32,000 nucleotides of DNA, taken from the NCBI GenBank assembly GCA_028713895.1, contig JAQTNH010000001.1, positions 546,979-578,978 on the forward strand, given 5' to 3'. The first letter of the stretch is position 1. Each line of letters starts with the position of its first letter. Below the pieces are notes generated by a model that saw only the letters and a list, made by a program, of their open reading frames with translations, ran no database searches and was not told the DNA's origin. The translations under genes and the position numbers were made by a program. Of this stretch, positions 1 through 10,000 are shown piece after piece. The DNA comes from Candidatus Nanoarchaeia archaeon (GTDB lineage Archaea; Nanobdellota; Nanobdellia; CSSed11-243R1).

Positions 1-243
1 GCGCACAATCTCGATAAGCCCGTTTGCTTTCATCTGGTGTATATGATAATAAACCTTTTGCTCGTTTATCCTCAATGCCTGTGCAATCTGGTTCGGATAC
101 ATCGGAGCCTTGTTTATCAGATTCAGGATTCTCCAGGCAAGGTCACTTATTAGCGGAGCAATCTTTTTTGATTCAGGAAAAATCAGAATGTCTTTTGAAT
201 AGTACTTATTCAGCTCCTTGTCCGCCAAAATCTTTGTTACCAT
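1..243 (-). CDS. Winged-helix (ArsR/MarR-like) transcriptional regulator, partial; C-terminus runs off the left edge of the window
   Basis: Not in the ORF track because it is edge-truncated. My minus-strand translation from ATG 243..241 stays open to nt 1 (81 codons): MVTKILADKELNKYYSKDILIFPESKKIAPLISDLAWRILNLINKAPMYPNQIAQALRINEQKVYYHIHQMKANGLIEIVR. The YPNQIAQALRINEQKVYYHIHQMKANGLIE stretch is a typical HTH plus start of wing. TATATAAA (minus strand, 275..268) lies about 28 nt upstream. The listed + ORF 24..284 is its antisense shadow. Confidence 0.6.
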   Translation of the reverse strand, partial: MVTKILADKELNKYYSKDILIFPESKKIAPLISDLAWRILNLINKAPMYPNQIAQALRINEQKVYYHIHQMKANGLIEIVR

Positions 244-289
244 GCATTATGAATAAGTTTATAATGGTTTATATACGTTTTTAATTGCA

Positions 290-297
290 TTTATAAA
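290..297 (+). promoter_or_regulatory. TATA box (TTTATAAA) of glmS; leaderless geometry
   Basis: TTTATAAA is centred about 26 nt upstream of the glmS ATG (320). The same spacing recurs at several other genes in the window. Confidence 0.5.
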
Positions 298-319
298 GGT
301 TAACGCGCTTGTTGTAACT

Positions 320-2089
320 ATGTGCGGAATCATTGGATACATCGGAACACAAAGAGCAGCCCCGTTGATAATTGACGGGCTCAAGAACCTTGAATACAGG
401 GGCTATGACAGCGCAGGAATCGCTGTCCTGCAAACGTCTGAGCTATTTGTAAAGAAAGATACGGGGAAGATTGCAGAAGTTTTTTCTGAAAAAGACCTTG
501 AGACTATTGAAGGAAACATAGGAATCGCGCATTCAAGATGGGCGACACACGGCGGGGTAACAAAAGAAAATTCCCACCCGCACCTGTCAAATGACGGAAA
601 CACAGCTGTTGTTCACAACGGCATAATAGAGAACTACCAGGAGCTGAGAAAGTTTTTGACTGAAAACGGCTTTGTCTTCAAAAGCCAGACAGACACGGAA
701 GTAATTCCCAATCTTATCCAATACTTTATGCAGCAGGGAACCTCCTTTATGGATTCAATCAAGCTTGCTGTAAAAAAGTTGGAAGGAAGTTATGCATTAG
801 CCATTATAAACAAAAACGCCAAAAAATTGGTTGCTATACGAAAAGAGTCTCCTCTGGTCATAGGAGTGGCAGATCACGGGTACTTTGTTGCCTCTGATGT
901 GCCTTCCTTCCTTGACCAGACCAAAAAGGTTGTTTATCTGTACGAGAATGACATGGCTGTGCTTAATGACAAGATGGAGTTCTTCAACATCAAAGACAAC
1001 CTGCCTGTTGTGCGGAAAATAGACAATATCGAGTGGAATGTCGAGCAGGCAAAGAAAGGAAATTTTGAGCATTTCATGCTGAAAGAGATATCTGAACAGG
1101 CAGATGCAATAAAACTTGCAATATCCCAGGACGAGAAACAGATAAAAGAAGTTGCAGATGCAATAATGCACGCCAAGGGAATTTATTTTGTCGCATGCGG
1201 AACATCCTACCATGCCTGCCTTTCTGCAAGCTATAAATTCGCCAAGCTTGCAAACAAACACGTTAACGTTGCTTTGGCTTCAGAGTTCCCGAACTATAAG
1301 GATTTCATAGTCCCGGACAGCCTTGTGATAGCGCTATCGCAGTCAGGAGAGACTGCCGATGTTCTTGAAGCTGTGAAAGCTGCAAAAGAGAAGGGGGCAA
1401 GAGTAATCTCCCTCGTTAATGTGGTTGGTTCTTCGCTTACCAGATATTCAGATGAGACATTAATGCAGAACGCAGGGCCTGAAATATGCGTGCTTGCCAC
1501 AAAAAGCTACACTTCACAGCTTGCGATACTGACCCTGCTTGCGTATGCTCTTGCTGGAAAATATGAAGAAGGAAAAAATAAGCTCAAGGAACTGGTGAAT
1601 TCAATTTATTATCTTACCTCCACGAACACGCGCGAACACATAAAGCAGCTTGCAGAACGGCTGAGATATGTAAACCATATTTATCTTATCGGCAGGGATT
1701 TGCAGTATCCGACTGCTATGGAAGCTGCGCTCAAAATAAAGGAAGTTTCATATATACATGCAGAAGGGTTTGCTGGAGGCGAGCTTAAGCACGGCACAAT
1801 TGCGCTGATTGAGCCAGGGACGCCATGCATTGTATTCACTTCAAGCGAAAATGAGAAGAAAATACTGAGCAATGCCACCGAACTTAAGGCTCGGGGCGCC
1901 TATATTATAGGTGTCGGGCCCAACAACAACGAACTTTTCGACTTTTTCATAAAGGTGCGGGAGTCAGGCGAAGCAAACTCAATCTGCCAGATAATCCCAA
2001 TCCAGATACTTGCATACCAGCTTGCAATACTCAGGGGATGCGACCCTGACAAGCCGCGGAACCTTGCAAAGAGTGTGACAGTGAAATAA
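320..2089 (+). CDS. glmS: Glutamine--fructose-6-phosphate aminotransferase (isomerizing)
   Basis: 589-aa ORF starting MCGIIGY (N-terminal Cys nucleophile of class-II amidotransferases). It has two SIS-type halves (e.g. SQSGETADVLEAV) and ends in the GlmS-like C-terminus ...LAKSVTVK. Confidence 0.97.
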   Translation: MCGIIGYIGTQRAAPLIIDGLKNLEYRGYDSAGIAVLQTSELFVKKDTGKIAEVFSEKDLETIEGNIGIAHSRWATHGGVTKENSHPHLSNDGNTAVVHNGIIENYQELRKFLTENGFVFKSQTDTEVIPNLIQYFMQQGTSFMDSIKLAVKKLEGSYALAIINKNAKKLVAIRKESPLVIGVADHGYFVASDVPSFLDQTKKVVYLYENDMAVLNDKMEFFNIKDNLPVVRKIDNIEWNVEQAKKGNFEHFMLKEISEQADAIKLAISQDEKQIKEVADAIMHAKGIYFVACGTSYHACLSASYKFAKLANKHVNVALASEFPNYKDFIVPDSLVIALSQSGETADVLEAVKAAKEKGARVISLVNVVGSSLTRYSDETLMQNAGPEICVLATKSYTSQLAILTLLAYALAGKYEEGKNKLKELVNSIYYLTSTNTREHIKQLAERLRYVNHIYLIGRDLQYPTAMEAALKIKEVSYIHAEGFAGGELKHGTIALIEPGTPCIVFTSSENEKKILSNATELKARGAYIIGVGPNNNELFDFFIKVRESGEANSICQIIPIQILAYQLAILRGCDPDKPRNLAKSVTVK

Positions 2090-2090
2090 A

Positions 2091-2750
2091 ATGGAAACAT
2101 CTCCAAATTATTTTTTCAGGAAAAAAGAATTCCCATTCACAGGGATATTCGAGGCAGAAAGCGTTCTTGATATGCTGAAGAAGAAAGACGAAATTCTTGA
2201 TAGTTTGGAAATTGATATTAATACAGAAATTCCTGCTGACACGCAGATAAGCGGAGACGTTGTAATAATGCCTGGTGTGAAAATAAAAGCGGGTGTTGTG
2301 ATTGAAGGACCGGTTTACATAGGCAAGAACTCTGTAATCGGACCGCATGCTTTCATCCGCAAGGGGACAATAATCGGAGAGAACTGCGAAATTGGACGGG
2401 CAGAGATAAAGGGCTCAATCATAATGAACCGAACAAAAGCACACCATCACTGCTATATCGGGGACTCTGTAATCGGCAATGATGTCAATGTCGGATGCGG
2501 AGTCGTGTTTGCAAACTTTAAGTTTGAAGGCAGCGATGTTGTTGTAGACAACAAGAATGTCGGCAAGAAATTTGGAGCAATTGTCGGAGATGATGTTTCA
2601 ATCGGATGCAACAGCGTCTGCGCTCCTGGCACGCTGATTGGCGCAGGCTGCTGGATTTATCCGCTGAGTTCTGTGCGGGGGTTTGTTGCTGCAGATTCTG
2701 TATTCAAGACAAAGATTGAACATGAAATTGTTGAAAAGAAACCTGTATAA
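2091..2750 (+). CDS. Left-handed beta-helix (hexapeptide-repeat) acyl/acetyltransferase, similar to the C-terminal half of GlmU; no nucleotidyltransferase domain
   Basis: 219 aa. Residues ~55-200 are imperfect hexapeptide repeats (VIMPGVKIKAGVVIEGPVYIGKNSVIGPHAFIRKGTIIGENCEIGRAEI...IGDSVIGNDVNVGCGVVF...VGDDVSIGCNSV). The ATG lies 1 nt after the glmS stop, so the genes are tightly coupled. The N-terminal ~55 aa lack a G-x-G-x-R nucleotidyltransferase motif. Confidence 0.8.
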   Translation: METSPNYFFRKKEFPFTGIFEAESVLDMLKKKDEILDSLEIDINTEIPADTQISGDVVIMPGVKIKAGVVIEGPVYIGKNSVIGPHAFIRKGTIIGENCEIGRAEIKGSIIMNRTKAHHHCYIGDSVIGNDVNVGCGVVFANFKFEGSDVVVDNKNVGKKFGAIVGDDVSIGCNSVCAPGTLIGAGCWIYPLSSVRGFVAADSVFKTKIEHEIVEKKPV

Positions 2751-2791
2751 GAATACAGTGCTTATTTTGAATTAACTATTAACGGAGGCGC

Positions 2792-3025
2792 ATGAGAATG
2801 GGTTATGAAAGCGATACAATAACAAGGGCAGTTCTGGATTCAAACGATTTTGTTAAAGGAATCAAGCTCAACATAAGGAATAAACTGAACCCTGTCAATA
2901 TTGATGTGGTGTGGCTCTCTTTGAGACAAGCCAAGGATTTGAAGATGATACCCTCGCCAAATGTAACAAATGCATGGCTGCATCAAAATGTTGCCGGACA
3001 CACGCTGAAAATGGTATATTTTTAA
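2792..3025 (+). CDS. Small hypothetical protein (77 aa; start may be ATG 2798)
   Basis: Only ORF in an otherwise empty 300-nt gap. A GGAGG Shine-Dalgarno-like element (2783-2787) lies just upstream of two in-frame ATGs. No recognisable family. Confidence 0.35.
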   Translation: MRMGYESDTITRAVLDSNDFVKGIKLNIRNKLNPVNIDVVWLSLRQAKDLKMIPSPNVTNAWLHQNVAGHTLKMVYF

Positions 3026-3052
3026 TCTATTTTTAGCAGGATAACATATAAC

Positions 3053-3170
3053 TGACCCCGAAGGGATTTGAACCCTCGACCTAATGGTTGCATCAGTTCT
3101 TTTCCAGGGTTTTCTTCCCAGGAAAAGCCTTCCGAAGCCATTCGCTCTATCCAAGCTGAGCTACGGGGCC
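3053..3170 (-). tRNA. tRNA-Arg (anticodon TCG) with a 43-nt intron at the canonical 37/38 position; CCA not encoded
   Basis: Minus strand folds by hand as GGCCCCG TA GCTC AGCTTGGATA GAGC G AATGG CTTCGG [intron 3131..3089] A CCATT AGGTC GAGGG TTCAAAT CCCTT CGGGGTC A. All four stems pair, with GU wobbles in the T and acceptor stems. The anticodon lies at 3135..3133. The intron contains its own hairpin (CTTTTCCTGGG/CCCTGGAAAAG). A TATA-like AATTTAAATAC lies ~25 nt upstream (about 3190-3200). Confidence 0.85.
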
Positions 3171-3202
3171 ATATAAAAAATAAGAATTTCAATGTATTTA
3201 AA

Positions 3203-3994
3203 TTACTTCTTACGCCGGGTTTTTGCAGCTTTTTTTTGTTTGTTCCAGTACCTGTTCCATACAGCAAATATGCTTTTGCGGGGTTCTTCTTCTTTTGGAA
3301 TCAGGCTGCCCTGCGCAAACTTTTTTTGCTGCCTCCAGAATACATCAAATTTGTTTTTAGGATTTGGGCGCCTTGCAACTTCCCGCTTGTGCATTTCCCA
3401 CCATGAGTTTGCTTTTGTTTTGCGCATTTCTGCTTCACGCTTTTTATTTTCAACAGCTTCTCTTAGTTTGCGCGCATGTTCTGCCCTGGCTTTTTCTTTT
3501 TCTTCTTTAAGTCCTTGTCTTTGAATTTGTATTTTGTGCCATGCAACCCAGCTGCCTCGCTCAATGCTTTTTTTCTCGCTTGTTATCCTTTCCTCTTTTT
3601 CTCTTTTTTCAACTTCTTTCTTGTGCATGTCCCACCAATGTTCAATATTATGCGGCTTTGGCGGCGCCTCAATTGGAGTCAAACTTTCCTTGACTTCAGT
3701 GTTATACCTCTGCTGCCATGTGCGTTTGGCTTCGTCTTTCTTTTGATTCCAATAGTTGCCCCATTGTTTGAATATTGACGGGCTTTTTTTAACATATTTT
3801 ACTGCAGGATTTTTTGCACCATGATGTCTGTGTTCCACATTAATTATGTTTTCTGTTTCTTTAATCATCTTGTACTCTCTTCTGTTAGCCCACAGAAGAC
3901 TGACTATAGCCAGGAAAAGCACCACTACAAAAAAAGCGATTGAAAAAAGCATCAGCTCAATAAGCGGTATGTCAATACCGAAGATAAACACCAT
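3203..3994 (-). CDS. Membrane-anchored, highly basic Trp/Lys-repeat protein (hypothetical)
   Basis: 263 aa with an N-terminal TM helix (aa ~9-35, IPLIELMLFSIAFFVVVLFLAIVSLLW followed by NRREYK). The rest is K/E/R/W-rich with paired repeats: SIFKQWGNYWNQKKDEAKRTW (3716-3781) / SIFAVWNRYWNKQKKAAKTRR (3212-3274) and HWWDMHKKEVEKRE (3599-3640) / SWWEMHKREVARRP (3365-3406). A GGTGAG SD-like element lies ~7 nt upstream of the ATG. The gene sits 72 nt downstream of the giant gene on the same strand. Confidence 0.75.
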   Translation of the reverse strand: MVFIFGIDIPLIELMLFSIAFFVVVLFLAIVSLLWANRREYKMIKETENIINVEHRHHGAKNPAVKYVKKSPSIFKQWGNYWNQKKDEAKRTWQQRYNTEVKESLTPIEAPPKPHNIEHWWDMHKKEVEKREKEERITSEKKSIERGSWVAWHKIQIQRQGLKEEKEKARAEHARKLREAVENKKREAEMRKTKANSWWEMHKREVARRPNPKNKFDVFWRQQKKFAQGSLIPKEEEPRKSIFAVWNRYWNKQKKAAKTRRKK

Positions 3995-4066
3995 TTTTCT
4001 CTCACCACACCTTCTAATTTAACCTTTTTATTGATTTTAAATGTTTTTATGCCCCTCTCTTGGGGT

Positions 4067-7000
4067 TTATTCTCCTTTCAAATCCAGTACAGTCTCTGCT
4101 ACCGCCAGCTTGCGGATTCCATCGTATACCTTTATTGTAAGCGCATGCTCCTTGGACTCTATCCTGTCTGAAAGCAGATACTTATCCGCCATTAACAATA
4201 CATCATTTGCAGACACCTTGTACGGGCCAAACAGCTCAAATATCTTTGTTGATTTCCCATCGTTCATGTTAAACTCAATGTATACATTTTCAAGATTTTT
4301 GCCCCAAACATTGTTAACCAAAATATACAAGTCAAGAGTGTTATCTTCCTTGTTATAACTGGCTGCAACAGCTGAGCTGGGCATGCTGACTTTTACATTT
4401 GCGGTTTCTTCAGCAACAATCCTGTCCCCTGACAGCACCCTGAACACAACTTTTTTGTTCGCAGACTCTGTTATTGGAACCAGCGATTTTATGTTTACGT
4501 CAATTTCTTCCCCAGGCATTATCTTGTCTGCAACGAAGATATGCTTATCAGCCCATTCAGTAAGCTTGGGATTTTTAACTGAACCAACAAAGCCCCATCC
4601 TACAAGGTCTACAAAGTTCCATCCCACTTTTTTGCCGTAATGCATTTCATTGACTACCGGCTTTTCGTCTGGGCAGTCAACATCCAGGTAGACATTTTCC
4701 AAAGGCTGGTCTCCTGTGTTTTTAATTGTATAAACAAGCTCTTTTTCAGTGAGCATGTTGCATTCCAAATCATTAATCTGTTGTGCGGTTCCATTAACTT
4801 TTTCTAACAGTTCAATACCCTCATATTCACCCTGGCAGGAACCACAGTCTTGCGGGCAGGTGGAGCAAAGCTCTCCTGGGCTGCACATGCTGTCTCCGCA
4901 CCTTAGCGCAGTTATGTTAGACGGAACAAGCCCTGATCCGGACGGACGGCCTCCTCCGCTGGGCGCTTCTTCTGCAGCCGCTATTAGGATATAGTAACGA
5001 TATTCTGTGCTGTTCGCGTGCCCAAAGCTGTCATTTGAGTACCACATGTATGAGTAATTCCCTATTGCCAGCCCTGTCAGTGTTATTGAATATGCATTTC
5101 CGTTTTGGGTTATACCCCCTCCAGACAACGTGTAATTGGTTCCGTTGAACTCAAACACAGCTTCGTCTACACCAGTCATATCAGCCCAGTCTATTGTGAA
5201 TGTGTAGCTTCCGCCTTCTTCAGCCGGACTTGCGGGCGAGGCGGCATTATTGCTCCACATTGGCGCTGTTGTGTCAATGGTGAAAGTTAGGCTTGTTGAG
5301 TTAAGATTGCCTGCGCTGTCATTGGCGTAACCCGTAATTGTGCTGTTTCCTTCCGGGAATATTATGTAGACAGGTACAATATAGCTTACATTTGTGCCGT
5401 TCCAATTGTACCAGACATTGCTTGCCCCATCTATAGTTAAGTTCAACAATTGAGTTGCGTTATCATACGCTGTGCTTGTCGGGCTTGCAATTGTGATTGT
5501 TGGCGCGACTGTGTCAAGAGTCACGTTTATTGTTGCTGTTAAATTTGTGTGTCCGACAATATCAATTGTTGTTGCGTTGACATAGTAATCTCCATCAGCA
5601 AGACTGGTGAAGTTTGCAAAGAATGGCGATGTTGAGCTTGTTAAGTTGCTTACGAGGCTTGTTGAATTGTACAGGTAGACTGTTATGCCTGCAAGACTGC
5701 TGTCATCTGAAGTCACATTTACTTCTATGAAATCCTGCGAAACATTGCCTGAAGTTGTCGGGCTTGCAAATGCAATTGCCGGATATATTGTGTCCACATC
5801 AAAATTCACGAAATCATAAATGTCATTGTAGATATCACTGCATTCAAATGCGGCGTTGTGGCTTCCTTCAGTCATACTGCTGTTTGAGTCATACCAGTGT
5901 GTGGCTGAGTCATTGCCCATTGACAGATATGGGGCGCTGTCAAGCGAGTAATTGCAGGAAGTTGCATTGGCGCTTGTTGTTAAATTAAACCAGACTTCTG
6001 AAGTGTTGTAGTATATGCCTGTCGGGGAATCAATAACAAAGCTGAACGCGCTTGTGTTCACTGTTATGTTCCTTGTTTCTGTGTAATTAAAGTTGCCAAC
6101 ATCGTCATATGCGGTTACATTGTAATAATATGTCCCATTGTCAAGCCCTGTCCAGTTCACAAAGTTGGGATGATTTGTATATGTTGTGCTGTTTACAAGC
6201 CCGCTTGAGTTGTACAGGTAGTATGTGAAATTGGCAAGAATAGGCTCAGTTATGGAAACATTAGCTACAATATAGGTTTTCACTGTGATTACGCCTGAGT
6301 TCCTGGTCGGGCTGTTGAATTCAATCTGCGGCGCAGTTGTATCCAAAATGATTGACATCATCGAAGTTGTCTTGTTGTTGCCTGCTGAGTCGTTTGCTAC
6401 AGCATGCAAGTAGTACTGTCCATCAGGCAGACTTGTGAAATTAGTAAATAAGGGAGAAATTGTGCTTGACCCTTCGCTTACATGTCCTGCTTCACTAGCG
6501 CCTGAGCTGTTATGCAGGTGGATTGTAATCGTGTCCAGGTGCAGGTCGCTTGCGGATGCGTTAGCTTCTATATAACTTTGGGAATAAGTTCCTGCTCCTG
6601 TTGTCTGGGGTATGAACAATATTGTTGGTTTGACTGTATCAAGCGTGATGTTTATTGTTGCAGTTGAATTTGTGTTTCCTGCCAAGTCTGTTGCAGTCGC
6701 GTTCAGGTAATAGTCTTCATTCGGCAAGCCTGTGAAATTGACAAAGAGACCAGTTGAACTGCTGCCTGAGCTGTTCACCAAGCCTGTTGAGTTGTAAATA
6801 TAAACAGTTATGTTTGCGAAGTGCAAGTCGCTTGCGCTGACATTTGCCTGTATGTAGCCCTGTGAGAGATTTGATGATGCTGTTGTGCCTGATACAAATT
6901 CAATCTGCGGCTTTGTGTTGTCAACTGTAAAGTTGCCGGTCATTGTGTTGCTTCTCGAGTAAAGTTCAGCCGTATCATTTTCAAAGACAATGACTCTGAC

Positions 7001-10000
7001 AGAATAGTTCCCATCAGGCACAGTAGTCGTATTCCACATATACCTTGTTGAACTCAAATTACCATAGCCAGTTACCACGCTTGAATTGAATGTCAAATCT
7101 GGGTTAAGCAGTGTTATGTTGAACTGGACATTATTGCTTTCTTCGTCTAAAACATCAGTCCAAGTAATATTGACGTTTCCATTCACAATTTGATTAGCAG
7201 ATGGTATTAATACAAAAGGTTCGGTTGGACCATCATTTATTGCTGTAATCGTAAAGTTTGATTTTTCTGTATTATTAATTGCGCCATAGCTGTCATTTGT
7301 GAAGACGGTTACATTGTAAACTCCAGCAGCACCTGTGTCAGTAAACACGTTTGTTTGATATCCAAGATGGGTTACATAAAAATCATCCCACGTTGCAGAT
7401 AACGAACCCCACTCAGACGCATATGAATCTGTTTCAAAAGTTGGATACACTGCCTTGCTTATATTGACATTATTTTGCGTTGCTTCCAGTGTCCAAGTGC
7501 TGTCTGTATTGTTCCATGTGTAGAACGTGAAATTATAACCCACTCTTGTTATCCTGAATTTGCCATTTGTGTCATTCGTATCCCTTGAAGATATATAGGC
7601 ATCAATGACTCCATCTTCGATGTAAACACCATATTGAAGCGTTGAACCTGTCCAATTTGATAAATCCAATGAAACTGATTTTAGAGTGCGTCCAGATATC
7701 GGGGCTTCTGAAATCATGAACACTAATTCAGAATCCTGCTGCAAGCCACTGGTCAGATTGAATGTTATGTTCATGTCAAAGTCGCCATAGGTCGGGTAAT
7801 TCATGAATATGCGGCAGTAAGCCCCTGTATTAGGGCTTCCGTCTCCGGAGATTGCAGTGTAAGCTTTTCCAGAAACATTTGAATTGATGTTTGCCACACA
7901 AGTTTGGTTTGGCCCAATAGTACTGTTTTCAATATGATATATTACGTTCATCAAACTGAATGCAAATGAATCGTAATCCCCGCCCGTGTACAAAGTAATG
8001 TTTGTTGAGGTTCCGTTTGGCACTGTAACTGTCGTATATTTGGTGTTTATTCCGTCCTTGTCAGTGATGTTGGCTACAAGCGGCACAGGGAATCCCTCAT
8101 CAAAAGTCTCGTCCAGCGGTGAAACAATGATTACACTTGGAGCGTAGTCTACCCTTACTGTCCGTGGTTCGCTGACATTCCAGTTGCTTGTACTGTCATT
8201 TGCATAAACTTTGTAACTGTACAAATCCTCAGAAAGTCCGGTTACATTGTAGTACCTGTTGGTTCCGCTTCCATCCATTGTGTAATTTGTACTGTTCCAG
8301 TCAAGGATTGCTGTGCTAAGCGCTTCGTTGCCTGTGATATTTATGTAAGTCCAATTGTATGTCCAGGCTGTTCCATTGTCTGGTGTGGGACTGACAAATG
8401 TTATGTTTGGCGCTGCTTGGTCTATTGTTACGTTTCTTGTTTCTGTTGAATTGCTGTTGCCTGCCGTGTCATTGCACCAGGCATAAAATGCATATGTCCC
8501 GTCTGTAAGCCCTGTCTTATTTTCCCAGAACAAATCTCCGGCGCTGTTGTCGAAGCTTTCATTAGCCCCGTTCCAGCCGAACACCACTGTATCGCGGTTT
8601 GTATCATTGCATGTCACATTTACGAATATCCAGCCCTGGCTCAGGTTTGCCTGCGGCGTGGTTGTCGGGTTATAATAAACAGACGGGTTTGTCAAGTCAA
8701 CTGTAAAGTAAACAACACCGCTTGAATTAAAGTCACCCGAAGAATAGTTGCAGTAGAATGTAACGTTGTGCGTTCCTTCAGCCACAGTGCTTAAGTTGTA
8801 ACTATGGAAAAGCGTGTCGTTATCCATTGTAACATTTGCCGCGTTATCAAGCGAGTAGCCGCACCAGTCTGTCAATCCTGTGGTTAAGTTAAACCATATT
8901 GACGACGTATTATAAGTGCTGTTTGTCGGCGACTCTATTGTGATTATCTGGGTGGATGTATCAATGATAACTGTCCGTGTCCCGCTTACATTCATGTTTC
9001 CTGCAGAGTCGTTTGCATAAACTTTGTATGTGTATGTTCCATCTGCAAGTGATGTCTTATTAGCCCAGCAGGTTACATTTGAACCGCTGCCGACTTTTGC
9101 CATGCTTTCATTTGTTCCATTCCATTCAAGCAGGCAGGAATCAACAGCCACATTGTCTATTATGCTCGCGTTTATTGTTGTCCAGTCATAAGCTATTGTG
9201 GCTGCATCCAATTGAGTTGGTGCAATGAATGTTATGTTTGGGGGGGTTACATCACTTGCAACAACCTCGTAGGAATCAAACCTGCTGATGTTTATTGCCG
9301 GCAGGTATATTGTGCGGTTACCTGTATAGAAAGTGCACTGGCTGGTTATGTCTGCTGGAACACCGCTTATATATTTTAGCACAGTAATGTTCCAGCCGCT
9401 TCCAACACCATAACCAGAGTAATTTGTCCATACTGTCAGATTATTAATCTGCAAGTCGCTTACCAGTATTGAGACGATTGTTATGTTCCAGGTGATGTTC
9501 GCAGATGTATTTGATATAAGACGTTCCTCGTCCCTGATAGAATCCAAAAACAATGAATCAACTGTCTCGTTTATCTCACTGAATGCCGGAATCATTTCAG
9601 TTGTCCACGTAATTTGATTGACTGAGTTTATTGTTGCAGTTTCATTTGGTCCTGCAGAAGCATTGTCAGAGGCGAGCAAGCCGCCAGTAGAATTGTACAC
9701 ATAAGTCGTATTTGGCGCTATGCTGTTCGGGTAGAACGCCAGTATCCTGGACAAGAAGATGTACCTGTCCTGTGAAGCAGCATCCCTGGAATTATTAAAA
9801 TTAATTACATATCTCCGTGTAGAATTTGAAGTGCTGTTCGGGCCTAATGTGTAACCTGGGTCCAGCTGATAACTGAGCACCATCGTGCCGTCAAAATTCA
9901 ATCGCTGTGCAGATTTTATGAATATGTTGGCGGGTTCATTGGTGTAGTTGTAGGATATATTAACCTGCTCAACAACAGGAGAAGTACAGTTCAGATACAA

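Noticed and set aside
24-284. + strand ORF of 86 aa at the left edge
   Set aside because: It starts at a non-ATG codon and has a low-complexity S/P/C-rich product. It lies exactly antisense to a much more convincing wHTH reading frame (1-243, minus) and runs through that gene's promoter.
244-319. Possible glmS ribozyme or riboswitch upstream of glmS
   Set aside because: The TATA box is 26 nt from the ATG, so there is essentially no 5' UTR. The glmS ribozyme is a bacterial leader element of more than 150 nt.
403-2348. Antisense and alternative-frame ORFs inside glmS and the LbH gene (403..603, 797..1261, 934..1176, 1294..1500, 1681..1878, 1900..2106, 2031..2348)
   Set aside because: They are nested within confidently identified genes and have no independent support.
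3089-3131. C/D-box sRNA embedded in the tRNA intron (contains CUGAUGC and CUGA)
   Set aside because: At 43 nt it is too short. The C box is imperfect and no C'/D' pair or guide region is evident. The sequences are better explained as the splice-site helix.
2840-3267. Minus-strand ORFs 2840..3154 and 3022..3267
   Set aside because: They run straight through the intron-containing tRNA-Arg gene and its promoter, with no coding features.
3068-3778. + strand ORFs 3068..3406, 3192..3524, 3476..3778 and 3534..3746
   Set aside because: They are antisense to the W/K-repeat gene or overlap the tRNA. Their F/L/C-rich low-complexity products mirror the K/E-rich sense frame.
7361-7993. Possible concanavalin-A/LamG-like lectin domain in the giant protein (aa ~3690-3900, ...FDMNITFNLTSG...LVFMISEA...GKFRITRVGYNFTFYTWNNTDSTWTLEA...)
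   Set aside because: This region breaks the Ig-like repeat pattern and has a jelly-roll feel. I cannot support the family assignment by eye, so it is not listed as a feature.
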